Source of the DNA: Curvularia clavata
Lineage: Eukaryota
DNA length: 64,000 nt
Direction of reading: 5' to 3'
NCBI GenBank assembly: GCA_023920165.1
Contig: CP089278.1
Span: forward strand, 1,364,001 to 1,428,000
Made by a program: the position numbers and the translations under genes. Positions within the stretch are counted from its first letter, which is position 1. Each line of letters begins with the position of its first letter. Below, piece after piece: positions 23,085 to 34,616 of the stretch. Below the pieces are notes generated by a model. It saw only the letters and a program-made list of their open reading frames with translations, searched no databases and was not told where the DNA came from.

Positions 23085-25858
23085 TTACTCATTTGTTGCT
23101 AAACAGAGGTCCTGCACAATGGTTAGAAACCCCCTTGGCAACAACTTGGGCCTAGCATCGGATAACTTACTGTACCGTTCCACGTGGCATTATCCAACCA
23201 ATTCAAAAAGTCTTCTGCCTCAGTGGGTATCGGCTCCAGACCCTCAGTCATCGGCATGTCGAAGAATTCTTGACCAGTACCAGCAATCACAGTCGTCGCC
23301 TCTTCCCCACTTTCCTGATTGCGGTTCGCATGAGGCTCATAGTTAAGAACCTCATCCAAAACCAAGGCAAGCATCTTATTGATTTCGCTGCAAAGCTTGT
23401 GGTTTCCATCTCCCGGTAAAACGATCCATTCAACGCATGAGGTTAGTATGGAGAGATTCCGAATGACGTCTGCGCGCGAGATGGTACTCGGAAGTGGGAT
23501 GCCCTTGATTGTACATCGGCGGAGTTCCAAGGCTAGCACACCCGCAGCCGGAGAACAGTAAAAAAGAATGACAGTCGGGAAGTGACGGCGGGTCTCGTAA
23601 ACACGGTTGTTAGGCATTGTCGATACAATGGAGGTTGCGAGGAGTTTCAGTGACACTTCTAATAGCGCAGGAAGGGCCTGTTGAGTTATCTTGTGAAGAA
23701 GACGCTGCGCCTGAAACTCTAGATGCAGATAATCCAAGTAACACGAGATCATCCGGACAGCAGTTCCGGGTCCTCGGACGCTCCAGGCAGAATCTTCCTT
23801 ATATGTTTCATATCGCAGATACGTTGGTAGCGCTAACCACCACGCTGTGCATTCTGCTGAAATCGCTCTTCTGAAGTTAGATCTTGGCCGAATAATAGTA
23901 GGTACTCACTTACTGTATATTCCGCACCACATCGCTATCCTTCTCCCCAGCAAGACTCTGCTCTAGGAGCCTTTCTTTGAAGACAGCAAATTGACACCTA
24001 AGACGAATGAATGTTGCAGAATTGAGATGTTTCTCAGTATTCCAACCCGCACTGTCAAGCTTGGAAAGTTCTGCGTTCAGCATCCCCACATCATCAGTGA
24101 CCACAGCCTCGTCACTGATATCCAGCGGCATCTTACGGTCACTATATCTCCAACCCATCAATGGAGGTCGTCCGTAAAAGACTGCTAGTGTCTTGTCTGA
24201 ACGATACATTGCAGCATACAGCCTCCTTCTGAACTCTCGCATGAAGAAGGGTTCAGAATTGTCTCCTTCTGAATTGGAGCCCTCACAATGTACGCCTGCA
24301 GCATACAGGGCGCATACACTGTCGCCTAGTCGTCGCCATGTGCCGTGGTCTATTTAGCAGTCAATCCCTGAATCAACGATATCTCCAGACGCATACGCAC
24401 AGTTGTCTCCATATAAATTACTGGCCAACAGCCCAGTGATGTACACAAGACACACCATGACTACTATTGTTAGTGGAGTACGGCTGTATCGTCTGGGAGC
24501 AGCTTCAACTTACTATCGTTCACTGCACCATGTGTTTGGCAGATGTTGATGCAAATGTTGGTTGCATGCATGATGTCTTCGACCAACTCGTCCTTGTCGA
24601 TTTGTGTCCCACCTTCCAATGTAAATATGGGATCGTTCGGGGATGTATAATGAGCCTGTGAGCCAGCCATGACCAATACAAGGCCCAGGGTTTCCCATCT
24701 CAAGTTCTTTCCGGTGAATAATGTGTGAAACTCGTCCGGTCTCATGGTTGCAGGCACCTTCATGGGGCGTGCGGTATTCCTAGTCATTTCAGCGTACAGC
24801 GAGTACACATCACCATTAGCAGACTTTAGCAGCTCCATGTCTTTGCGGAGTTGAGGAAGTGCAGAGAGCATCAATGGCCCAATAAGAGGCGCAGCCTTAT
24901 GCGTTTCGAAATACATGATTAGTGATTTTTCGAAGAGACTAAACGGGGAGAGCGATGATACTATCAGATCACCCAAGGCAAATTGACAGTGCCGATGCCC
25001 CATACTTCTGCTCATTGTCGGAGAACTCGCAGCAAGTCGCTCTGAGGGCTGTTCATGCGCCGCTTCGGGTAGTCGATGCTCTTCCGTGAAGACGGAGGCG
25101 TAGCTTGTTGACCCCAAGAAAAAGTTTCTTGCCGGATCAGGCCCATTTTGCGTATTCTTTGTAGTAGATTCAGGTGGTGTTGGCCATTTGTTACTGGCCA
25201 CCCCAGGATCTGCATCATTTCTTAGAGTGGGAGGACTTATTGTTAATGGCGTTAGTCTCCCTTGGCCGTTGAGGAGGCTTCTATCCGTAGACTGTGTTCC
25301 GAGTCTTCGCCGACGTGATTCTGGTTTCTTTCGTGGAGTTCCCGCAGGCTTGGTCATCGGATTAGGATGATAGAAGCACTTGCCTTTGTTAGAACGAAAG
25401 ATCATTCAAGTCGTCTCTACGAGATGATGCAAACATTCATGAACCTAATTCCAGCCTGCAAGCTCTTCAGAACATTTTGAGACGATTCACATGCATTGGA
25501 AGCATTCTGTAGCTACCCCTACTAGACGAAAGCGTCTTGAACATCTGGCGCTGTCGCATGGTGGGAGGGAAGCATGCTTGTAAGCACCCGGTATTAAGCC
25601 AACTTACTTGTTCGGTCATACCACGGTTGTGGCACTTCTGACATGTCGGCGTTGTGTGATCGCATTTAATCTTCGATATGCGACATGGTTCACATGACCT
25701 GTGGACGCTTAGTATCCGGTGTCTCTGAGAAGAAGCTCGGATTCGGAGTGATTCTCAGGCCTTGCGCTTGGTCACCAGTGCTAGCGCGCACCGAGCCCTC
25801 GTCGCACATTGACAGTCGGAACGGCAACGTACCTTGGCTTTCCGTTTCTCCGCAACAT
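23085..25858 (-). CDS. Zn(II)2Cys6 transcription factor with fungal-specific TF (middle homology) domain
   Basis: Spliced N-terminus MLRRNGKPR|SCEPCRISKIKCDHTTPTCQKCHNRGMTEQ|CFYHPNPMTK; FFLGSTSY, NLRWETLGL, EFRRRLYAAMYRSDKTLAVFYGRPP and MPLDISD. The last exon (stop 23085) is tentative. Confidence 0.9.
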
Positions 25859-28300
25859 TATGGATACTTAAGCTTGGATTCTGGTGGTGTAAGAAAAATG
25901 GTAGCGCTTATCTCTCATGTTGATTCAGATGCCGTGATGTCAGTTTTCATTACTCCGAGCCTGTACGTAGCCAACTCCGAAATCCTGATGTGCGCACTAA
26001 AAAAAACGACGCTAATCCTAACAGACCTTCCAGTCACGACGCCAATCACCCAAAGGAGTTTATCCGGTAATCCATATCCGAAGGTGCGGAGTTTTCGGAA
26101 CAATACTAGTTACTTGTAGCTGCGATTTACAAAGCAGTTGACTTAGTTTAAGCTCTTGTACGATTGCAGCGACTGTAGATATCTAGTTCTCAAATTCGGA
26201 TGCATGCCAGATACGCTACAAATTTACCGACTCACAGCGACAGCAGTACATTCTAAATTCTTGAACAAGAAATGCACGAATTAGGTGAGAATCAAGGCTG
26301 TAGTGAAGGGTGTCACTATTATGCATGAGCACCTATCCATGGATTATTTTCTTGTGCCATTAAGAGCCCTCTGAGGACAAGTTCTGTGGGATGCCACTGG
26401 AGGATTGTGCCAAGTTGGGTATGAGCTTCATGTAGGCTAATCAATTGAGTTCAGTTGGATCAAAGAACACGCCCGAGCAGCTTGGAAGCGGAAATGAGGT
26501 GATACGTGGAGGTGCTTTATGAAACTTTCTAATGCACCTAACACTAAGAACAAAAAAGCAATGAAGATTCCAAGTGACTAGCAAAGTCAAGGTGTCCGGG
26601 TAGCGAATTCACACCTTGCAGTAGTTGTACCAGATGCACACCGTATCACGTGACAGACTTGGCTTCCATGCAGAGCGCTAGGAGGATCCCGGCGGTCCTC
26701 CCATTCCACAGAGCCTGCACTACACTGTACCATCCCTCGTGTTCCATCGTACGTCCTGCAGGGCAATTGATCACACCCGACGGCTGTCATGCTGGATGCG
26801 TGTTGCATGTGCAGCCCAAAGCCGGATTCTCACATCATTATATAGAGCCAGCAGCAGGAACAAATCGCTGATGATTGAGGGCTGCCTCGGCGTTCCTGGG
26901 TTCAACCCTGTGAAGCTTCCGATGGTCACAGGATCCCTCGTCGGGCGTCCAGCAAGGCGAAATCGAGATACACAGCCCTCTAGTCCAAGCAGCCAACAGC
27001 ATCATACGCACCAGGAACAAGGTAGACATGACACGGCCTCACTCGCACCAGCCTCCTTGGCGTCTTTCAACTTTTGGCTTCTGTTTGGCTACTCTCACGA
27101 GACGAGGAATCGATCCCTAACTCCAAGTGGTTATACAACATCGTATCGAGCAAGTCAAATGTGGCTTAGCGTCGTGTCCTTCCGAATCAGTTGGCCTCCC
27201 AGCTGACCCCAGCTCAACAAACACCCGCTGAGCAGCAAACCTCACAAATTGACACGAATTCTCACCATAGATGTTTCGTTCACTCAGTATCGGTGGATGC
27301 ATTGACGGCAAAGGCATCTGCCCGTCTCCCGACCAGGGCGCCCAGCTGATGGAGAGACTCACAAGGCGCGACAGCCGATTCACCAACTCGGCCTTGTTTA
27401 CTTCGCTCAGTACTCATGTTACCGGCTTCTCTGCGCAGGAAGTTTGTGTCCCATCGATGCAGGTATCCGGGTGGAAGCATCGGGACGACATGTTCCTTGG
27501 TAGAACAACTGGCTCTGCTTTCTTACCGATGACACTCTTTGGTAGCATGAGCTGGCAGCCCTGAGTACCGGTGAACATAGCAGAGCCGCACTAGAACGAC
27601 AATCGGCGTTGCTCTGCCACCCATTACCGTCACCTCGACGTGCCCGTCGCTCCGCCAATGCTGCTATTGGCTGAGGTATGGGTTAGCGAACAAGGCGCAG
27701 CCAGCTGTGCATTGCATAAGTCTGTGCCTGAGGCAGTCCGGCGGCTACGTCCCAAGGTCGGCTATCCCAAACCCGCGCAAAGGACATGCAAAAAGCGCAA
27801 CATACAGACAGAAAACAAATGCGACGAGCCACTTGCGACTGAGTCGGCAAGCTCAAACAGTGGGTGATTTGCAGTGCAGCGCGGGGCGGCGCGAAAGTTG
27901 GTTGCGGTTTGGTGTGATCTAAATGTTGCGCAAAAGCATGCAGCTAAGCCAATAGCTTGCTTTTGCCGGGTTGCTCTTCACCGGTCTTCGCGGGGCAGCG
28001 TAAGATGGGCTTGAAGGCCATCACCATCTGAACTTCTGCCCATCAGCCGCCCCGAGACAAATTCTTCCTGCTCGTTATCCTTCGAGTCGTGTTGGGAGGC
28101 TCTCCATCGGCTGGATCGCCCCTCGTCCGTGTTCGTTGTTGCGCATCGCTGTTTTACGCGCGCGCACAAGCCGTTCGCGACAGCTTCTTCATCCTCTTTG
28201 GGGGCCAGTGCATTGAGCTTTTGGCATTCTTCAGCAGAGGGTGCGCAGGGTCTAGGAAGACTCTAATTCCTGTTTGGCCCTCGGTGGCCACTTGCGCGCC

Positions 28301-31020
28301 ATGTCGGCATACTCACAGCATTACGCCTATTCGGAACAACCTCTTTTCGTCGACCCTCATGCTTTTGTCTACGGCGGCCAGTATGATGCCCGACAACGGT
28401 CCAAGACACCAACAGACTCCTTGGTCAATCATACCGGCCTCTCGCCTGGCCCACTTACAACCACACCACCTTTGAGTCGGGGCCCATCGCAGCAGCCGGA
28501 GCTCCTTCAAGATCCTGAGCACATGCTATGGGACAATGGCAGTTCCTCGACGTCTCCTACCTCTGTACGGACGCCAGACGGCGATTCATTCGAGGTAGAG
28601 ATGCTCGACTCGGAATCGATACGCAACTACTACCACCAGAATGGTAATACCATGGCAGCGCAGACGACTCCAAACGGCCTACCAACCATGGATTCCAACA
28701 TGATGTTTACTGCTCAAGGCACCTTAAGCGACCAAGGTATGTTACCTTGATGCTACTGGTTTACGTATCTTCGCTGACGTGCCTATAGTCGTTCAAGCAG
28801 CCTTTAATGTCACAATAGCTGAACAGCAAATGTTCCAGCAGCAATACAATCTACAGGCTCAGCAAGCACAGCAAATGTCAATGATGCACGCCCAAAACAA
28901 CATGTACGACCAGAACTACACCACCCAGCCACCCAGTCATGACACGTGGAGTGGACAGGGGCATTCACGGTCTTCGATGATTCCCAGATCTGGTCACGTC
29001 ATGTTCGATGCTACGAGCGACTCGGTGAACTATTCTGATTATTTGATTGATGTGGACACCTGGGCAGCACAATACACAGACCCTTCGTCTCTCATCTCGC
29101 CCAGCGAGCCTACTGTTCCAGTTCATGAGAATATGTTCTTTTCCCCAATACAAAACCTTGCTCCTGCATTCGATCCGGTCCCCCAAACGCCACTACAGCA
29201 CCGCAGCTCCGTAGACATGCAAGAGAGAAGGCCATCGCCTCCACCCGATCAGCAGAATTTTGTCAACTACAATGCTTCTTCCAGTCTCTTCACGGATAAT
29301 TACATTACTGGCAATGCATTCTCAGCGTCACCATCGGCAGCATCCTCAGCCGGTTATCACCCACAATCCCCTTTCCAGCCAGCTATCAGCCCATCGGCAC
29401 CTAGCCCAGGAAGTTCCGACGGCATATACTCTGCGTACCAGCACTCGGACTCTGGGATAATGGTCGATCAGTTTCAGACGCAGCAGTTTGAACATTTGCA
29501 ACAACCGCAGATGCAAGCACCAAAAGTAGACCACACTGTCCACAGCGGCGTACCCGAAATGAGTTTTGATGCGTCCCCCGAACCGGAATCGTCCGGAAGT
29601 GCAGCACAAAAAGCGATGGCGGCAAAGTCTGGGGGCAGAGCATTGGGCACTCACTTGGAGCCCACGGTCGCCAAAGCAGCGCACGACATGCGCAAGATTG
29701 TCGCGTGCTGGCACTGCGTCTTGCAGAGAGACAAGTGCGGTCCTGGCGAAATCTGCGATCGCTGCTTCAAGCGATCCCAGCGGCCCAACGCTGATTGCGG
29801 TCTTGGATGCAATCGGATGAAGCTTATCGATTTATCGCCATACTTCTTGCCTCCAGTAGTCACGCAAATGCACGAAGATTCGAACCTCACCCGCTTCGTT
29901 ACCCAATACATCCAACAGTGGGGCAACGATGAGCTTACGGTCTACATGACATGTGGTCAGCACAGCATGCCTAGGATTCCCGTCAAGGTCTATGAGTTTG
30001 TTCCCCGAGGAGATGAGTTGCTGGTGCAGATCCAATACAGGCTTGACCCAAAAACCCAGACAAGAGTTCCGGTCAAGAAGCGAAGTCCAGCACTGGGCAT
30101 GGTACACATCAACCACAACGAGGAAAAGAAGTATGACAAATATATTTCCGATATTGTCGAAAACCACCTTGATGCTTTTGGCGAACTCTGTTGGATGGAA
30201 GACGATAACGATTTCCAGCAAAAGCTTTTCAAATTGATGACGCGCGTAAAGCCAAAGTCGGACGACGAAGCCAAGCTCCTTAGGGAAATCTTCCGCCTTA
30301 TTGTGGTCACATTTATCATGTCACACACGCTCACAATCGCCGAGGAAACCAAAGCTGCAACCTTGTCGCGTATGCATTCATACGGCGGTCCCAACTCTTA
30401 TGTTGAGAACTACACATCGCCACGCATGACGAACCGACAGCTCAAGTACTTTTTCTCACGCCTTCAACGGTCCATCCAAGCCAACGTTCTCAACAAGCTG
30501 CAACAAATTCTCAAGTCATCTAAAGGATGTGACAAATGGCTTGCAGCATTCGTTGCCGTGTTGGGCATGTGCATGGCGCTCGAAGACCAGCAGAAGACTA
30601 TCCACCTTGTCATGTCGACCAGAGCTCAGACCGAAGGCATCGACCCAAGGGATGCGCAAGACCAGGCAGATGATACGTGTCGCGAGATTGACCAAAGAAT
30701 ACATTTCGTGCAGCAGATCTTCCGGTGGAAGTACAACCGCAAGTGTAATCCTATGCGGGATGCTGATCTTGACTGGGAGAAGGAAGTTGGGTTTGGAGAT
30801 GCATCCAGCGTAAACTTTGTCAGGCAGACTGCGCAGTTGGTAAAGGAAAACAGTGAGCTATCCCGTTGTAACAGAACTTTCATTCAATATGTGCTAACCA
30901 ATGGCAGTCGACTTCCTACAACAAAGACAAGCAGTAAGCATCTCGCCTAGAAATCAGACGAAGTATACCTCGCGCCTCGTCGGGCAGTTTCTACTTTCTT
31001 TCTGGCTTCCAAGCGTATAA
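28301..31020 (+). CDS. Putative transcription factor with an internal zinc-cluster-like motif and Q/S/P-rich N-terminus
   Basis: Three exons (introns 28737..28788 and 30853..30907). CWHCVLQRDKCGPGEICDRC...CGLGC at 29706..29810, then a helical C-terminal domain ending ...LLSFWLPSV*. Confidence 0.85.
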
Positions 31021-32009
31021 TGCTGTTAGTACCTTTGCACCAGTCACGGCCTTTGTCTTGGTTTTGTTGCGTTTCTGTGTCAAAAGATTTGTTTACTTTT
31101 CTCTCACGACATTATGTGTGCAACGGCCAGATCTTCCAGAGAGATACCCTCTCTGTTTCGTTTCAAACACAAAAATACGTGGCGCGGCATGTGTCCTTTC
31201 GATATACGATTCACGACTTCGAGCTCCTTAACGTTTCACGACACCATATTTTTATACCCTTTTTTATCTTGTTTCATGGATAGCGTTTGCTTGTGTATCG
31301 GAAAAGAGATTCAGCATCTTCAGGATCGGTATGACATGAGCAAATGACGAGCATGTAACGCAGCATATCTACTATAATGAAGTTGTATCACTGCAAAATC
31401 ATTCCATCTCACGAAGTTGTTCAATCGTGACGTTGTTAGAATAAAATACTCTTAGACTAAACTTGTGTATTTGCGCTACTTTCCCCGGCCTTCTGCCTTT
31501 CATGAGTTGCCAAACTGAACCTATACAAGCGCCGAGTCGAGGAGCATCCTCGCAGCATTGCGTAAGCTACTATGAGTGCTGAATGCACCATACACTATGT
31601 CGAGGTCTGGATAGTGCTGTTTATCCGATTAACTGTTCCAGCTGTGTAAGTCGAGAGTGATGGAAATGAGTGTTGATATATCCTCGAATGGACAATGAAA
31701 TCTTCTTGATAAGATCACGTTCAACATCGCGTCTAGACTTCCATGTCCCAGGGAGCAGATCCCCCATTAGTTTGGGCCATGGAACACAAAATCCTTGATA
31801 GGATAACTTCTTCTAGCAATAGATGTGACTTATTTGCCGCCTTTATTCTTTGACAAGATGCTATAACATGACTCTTCCAAACAATTCCAATATAGGTGCA
31901 TTATGTATTGAACTTGGACCGTGCGAAAAGCGGCTATGTACATCCTAAATGAGATTTGGCAACACTAGAGTAACCTGTAGACGAGAAAGTTCTCAAACTG
32001 CCCAGTTGT

Positions 32010-32393
32010 TCAGCAACCAGGGCCGAACGAAGTAGGGTGGCAAGTGCCACCGCTATTGCTATCGGCACCACAGCAATACATGTGGTTTCCTCCAGAGCAA
32101 ATGTTGTAACACCCATCCTTGGTAACCCAAAACGCTGCCTTCTGTGACCCACCCTTGTCGCCCGAGCATGTCACATATGTGTTCTGCAAGCTTGGCGTAG
32201 ATTTGACTTGACCGCAAGCACCAGCGATTGCGTCGCAGAAGAAGGTCTGGCCGTTGTCGAAGCTGTAGATGGCAGAGTGTGTTGGCACATTGCCGCGTCC
32301 TCCGTTGAGGCTTCCGCTTTTGCAGCGAATGGTGCCAGTGGCGGAAGCGGAGCCAATGGCCAGGGCTGAGATGGCGATGGAAGTGAGCTTCAT
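32010..32393 (-). CDS. Small secreted cysteine-rich protein (127 aa, 10 Cys)
   Basis: Signal peptide MKLTSIAISALAIGSASA; Cys at 24, 53, 60, 76, 95, 99, 107, 108, 118 and 127. A 5'-UTR intron (32394..32450) ends directly at the ATG, and TATATAA lies upstream at about 32547..32553 on the minus strand. Confidence 0.88.
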   Translation of the reverse strand: MKLTSIAISALAIGSASATGTIRCKSGSLNGGRGNVPTHSAIYSFDNGQTFFCDAIAGACGQVKSTPSLQNTYVTCSGDKGGSQKAAFWVTKDGCYNICSGGNHMYCCGADSNSGGTCHPTSFGPGC

Positions 32394-33614
32394 CTGTAGA
32401 GCGGAGTTAGTCTTTTGAAATACTTTCGTCTCAGTGCTGCTTCTACGTACGGCGAGTGGGTATGTCGTGAAGTGTTGATTTAGTGCGTAGTGTGTTTGGT
32501 GAGTCGATGCTGCGATGAAGGACGGTTTGGGTTTTTTGTAGATTCTTATATATTTGCTGTAGGGACTATCAAGCTCCTCAATAGGAAATCATGTCAAATG
32601 TCTCGCGAACAGCTCATAGCTTCGGCCCGACATAATGCTTAGCAAACGCCGGTTTACGTTCAAGTCCGTAGCAATGAATCATGTCAAGTCTAGGGAGCAT
32701 GGGACTCTCTCGGGCATATGCACCTTCACTAAAGGACCATATTGGTCAAGGAGAAGTCTCTGATTTCGATGACTTGCGCAATTCGCCTAGGAACTGTTCG
32801 CACTTTCTTCTCATCATGAAACCCGAAATCTCGGCGTATACGACAACGATAGCTATACTGACGCCTCATACAATGTAGCGGTGACATGTTTGCGAGGACA
32901 ATAGCTGGGCACATGGGTCTTGCTTACTCACCAATTTGGCATACCTACACTGGGGCTGAACCGCAGAATCTGAGATTTAGTTTCGGGGTTCAAATCTTCA
33001 TCTATAGAGAAAGGCGAGGCTAGCCAACTGTAAAGACGAATGGCCGCAGCCTACTAGCTATTTATAGTAATGTAGTTAGCACGTTTCCATAAACAACCAA
33101 TGATCATAAGAATCGATATTTACGCTAAGGTTGCAGTCACTCCCATTTTGTGTTCCTTACAATGACCAGTCTAACTTCGGGCTTAGCGCCAAATTCGTAA
33201 GCAGCGCGTGGCACCACAACAACCGAGCGATATCATTTTACCCTGTGCGAGCATATTAGATATGCCGAGGCATGTTGTGAGAATATTTTGAGCACATAGC
33301 ACTATACCGGTGTCGATGTCCATCAGAACATAAATCAAATAAATAGCGTTGAAATTGTAATCAAAGTTTTTGGTTTTGTAACGAGCCACTTTCGATACTT
33401 CGCAACTTCGTCCTTTCGACGCTCCTTTGTGAATACCATGGTGGAGATATTTTTCATTTAGCATTCATACTGCTGAATCATTGGTGCGTAATACTCCAAA
33501 GTAACACCATGTGAAAAATCGATCCTCATCCGTCCAGGATCTATTCTGCTAGATTTCTCTAAATAATTGGACTTCTACCCTTCAAATCACCTCTTAGTCA
33601 ACGTCTCGACAATC

Positions 33615-34616
33615 ATGCTGTTGGACCGGGACTCCTCTTGGAGCCATGGAAATGACTCGCAAGATGAGTCCCTCTTGCCAAACTACGACACGAAACAAGA
33701 TGTAGGAGATAGATCCACGGTCCAAAGAATCATCAGTCACAACGCTCTTGTTATCTCGCTTGCTCTAAATCTCGTTCTGGGGGTATTTTCTTTCACCCTA
33801 TGGTTAGCCCACAGCAGATACATGCACAGCCTCGATAACATGGCAAGCTATCCTACATTTAACCCTGGTAAGGAAGGCTTCTTAAAAGCTGCCATATACT
33901 GACCGTAGCCAGTTCCGCTGTCTGCAAGAACCTTTGAGCATGATCACTCTTTCGACGGAGATCCACACGACGACAAGGGGCCATGGGAAGGATTGATACC
34001 GAGTATGTCAATTTCCATACTCTTACTAGCTAAACAACTTATTCGCGTCAAACAACTATAGCCGGCCGAGGCTTCGTAAGGGTTTCCGACCCAAGCGAGT
34101 ATGGTCTGTCACCTGGCGTTCCCCTTGGGGACGAATTTCCCAAGCAACAAGGATATTTGGTGTCAATGTATCACCAACTTCATTGCATCGTAAGCAAACT
34201 TTTCATTTTCAATCAAAACTGGAGCACCTCACCCTAACATTTCATAGGCCGTTTTGAAGAAGACGATCATCGAAGCTCAAGATCCGGAAAATCGCCCAAC
34301 ACATTTCTCGAAGCTCAATGTGACTTTGCTTGGCAACATTGAACTCGAGCATTCCCATCACTGCGTTGAGTATCTCCGACAGGTAAAAACTCAAGCTATT
34401 GTCTGTGAAGGAATTAATCCCGGAAAGCTAATCTTGTATCTGCAGGCCATCCTCTGTGCTGGAGATCTAACACTGGAGCCAGCTGAATTTATAGATGGCA
34501 AGATTTCTCACGCTGTGAGTGGTTGGGGTGTGAAGCATGTTTGCCGCAACTCCGATTTCATTTTCGACATGGTTTCAGAGCGTGCTGTGAACAACGCCTC
34601 AGGGGTTACTGCGTGA
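33615..34616 (+). CDS. DUF3328/UstYa-family oxidase (type II membrane protein, two HxxHC motifs)
   Basis: Five exons (introns 33868..33912, 34003..34061, 34190..34247, 34383..34445). TM helix ALVISLALNLVLGVFSFTLWLA, WEGLIPTGRGFV, VSMYHQLHCI, HSHHCVEYLRQAILCAGDLTLEP and GWGVKHVCRN. Confidence 0.93.

Noticed and set aside
32010..32393. Hydrophobin
   Set aside because: It has ten Cys with only one CC pair, which does not fit the eight-Cys hydrophobin pattern.
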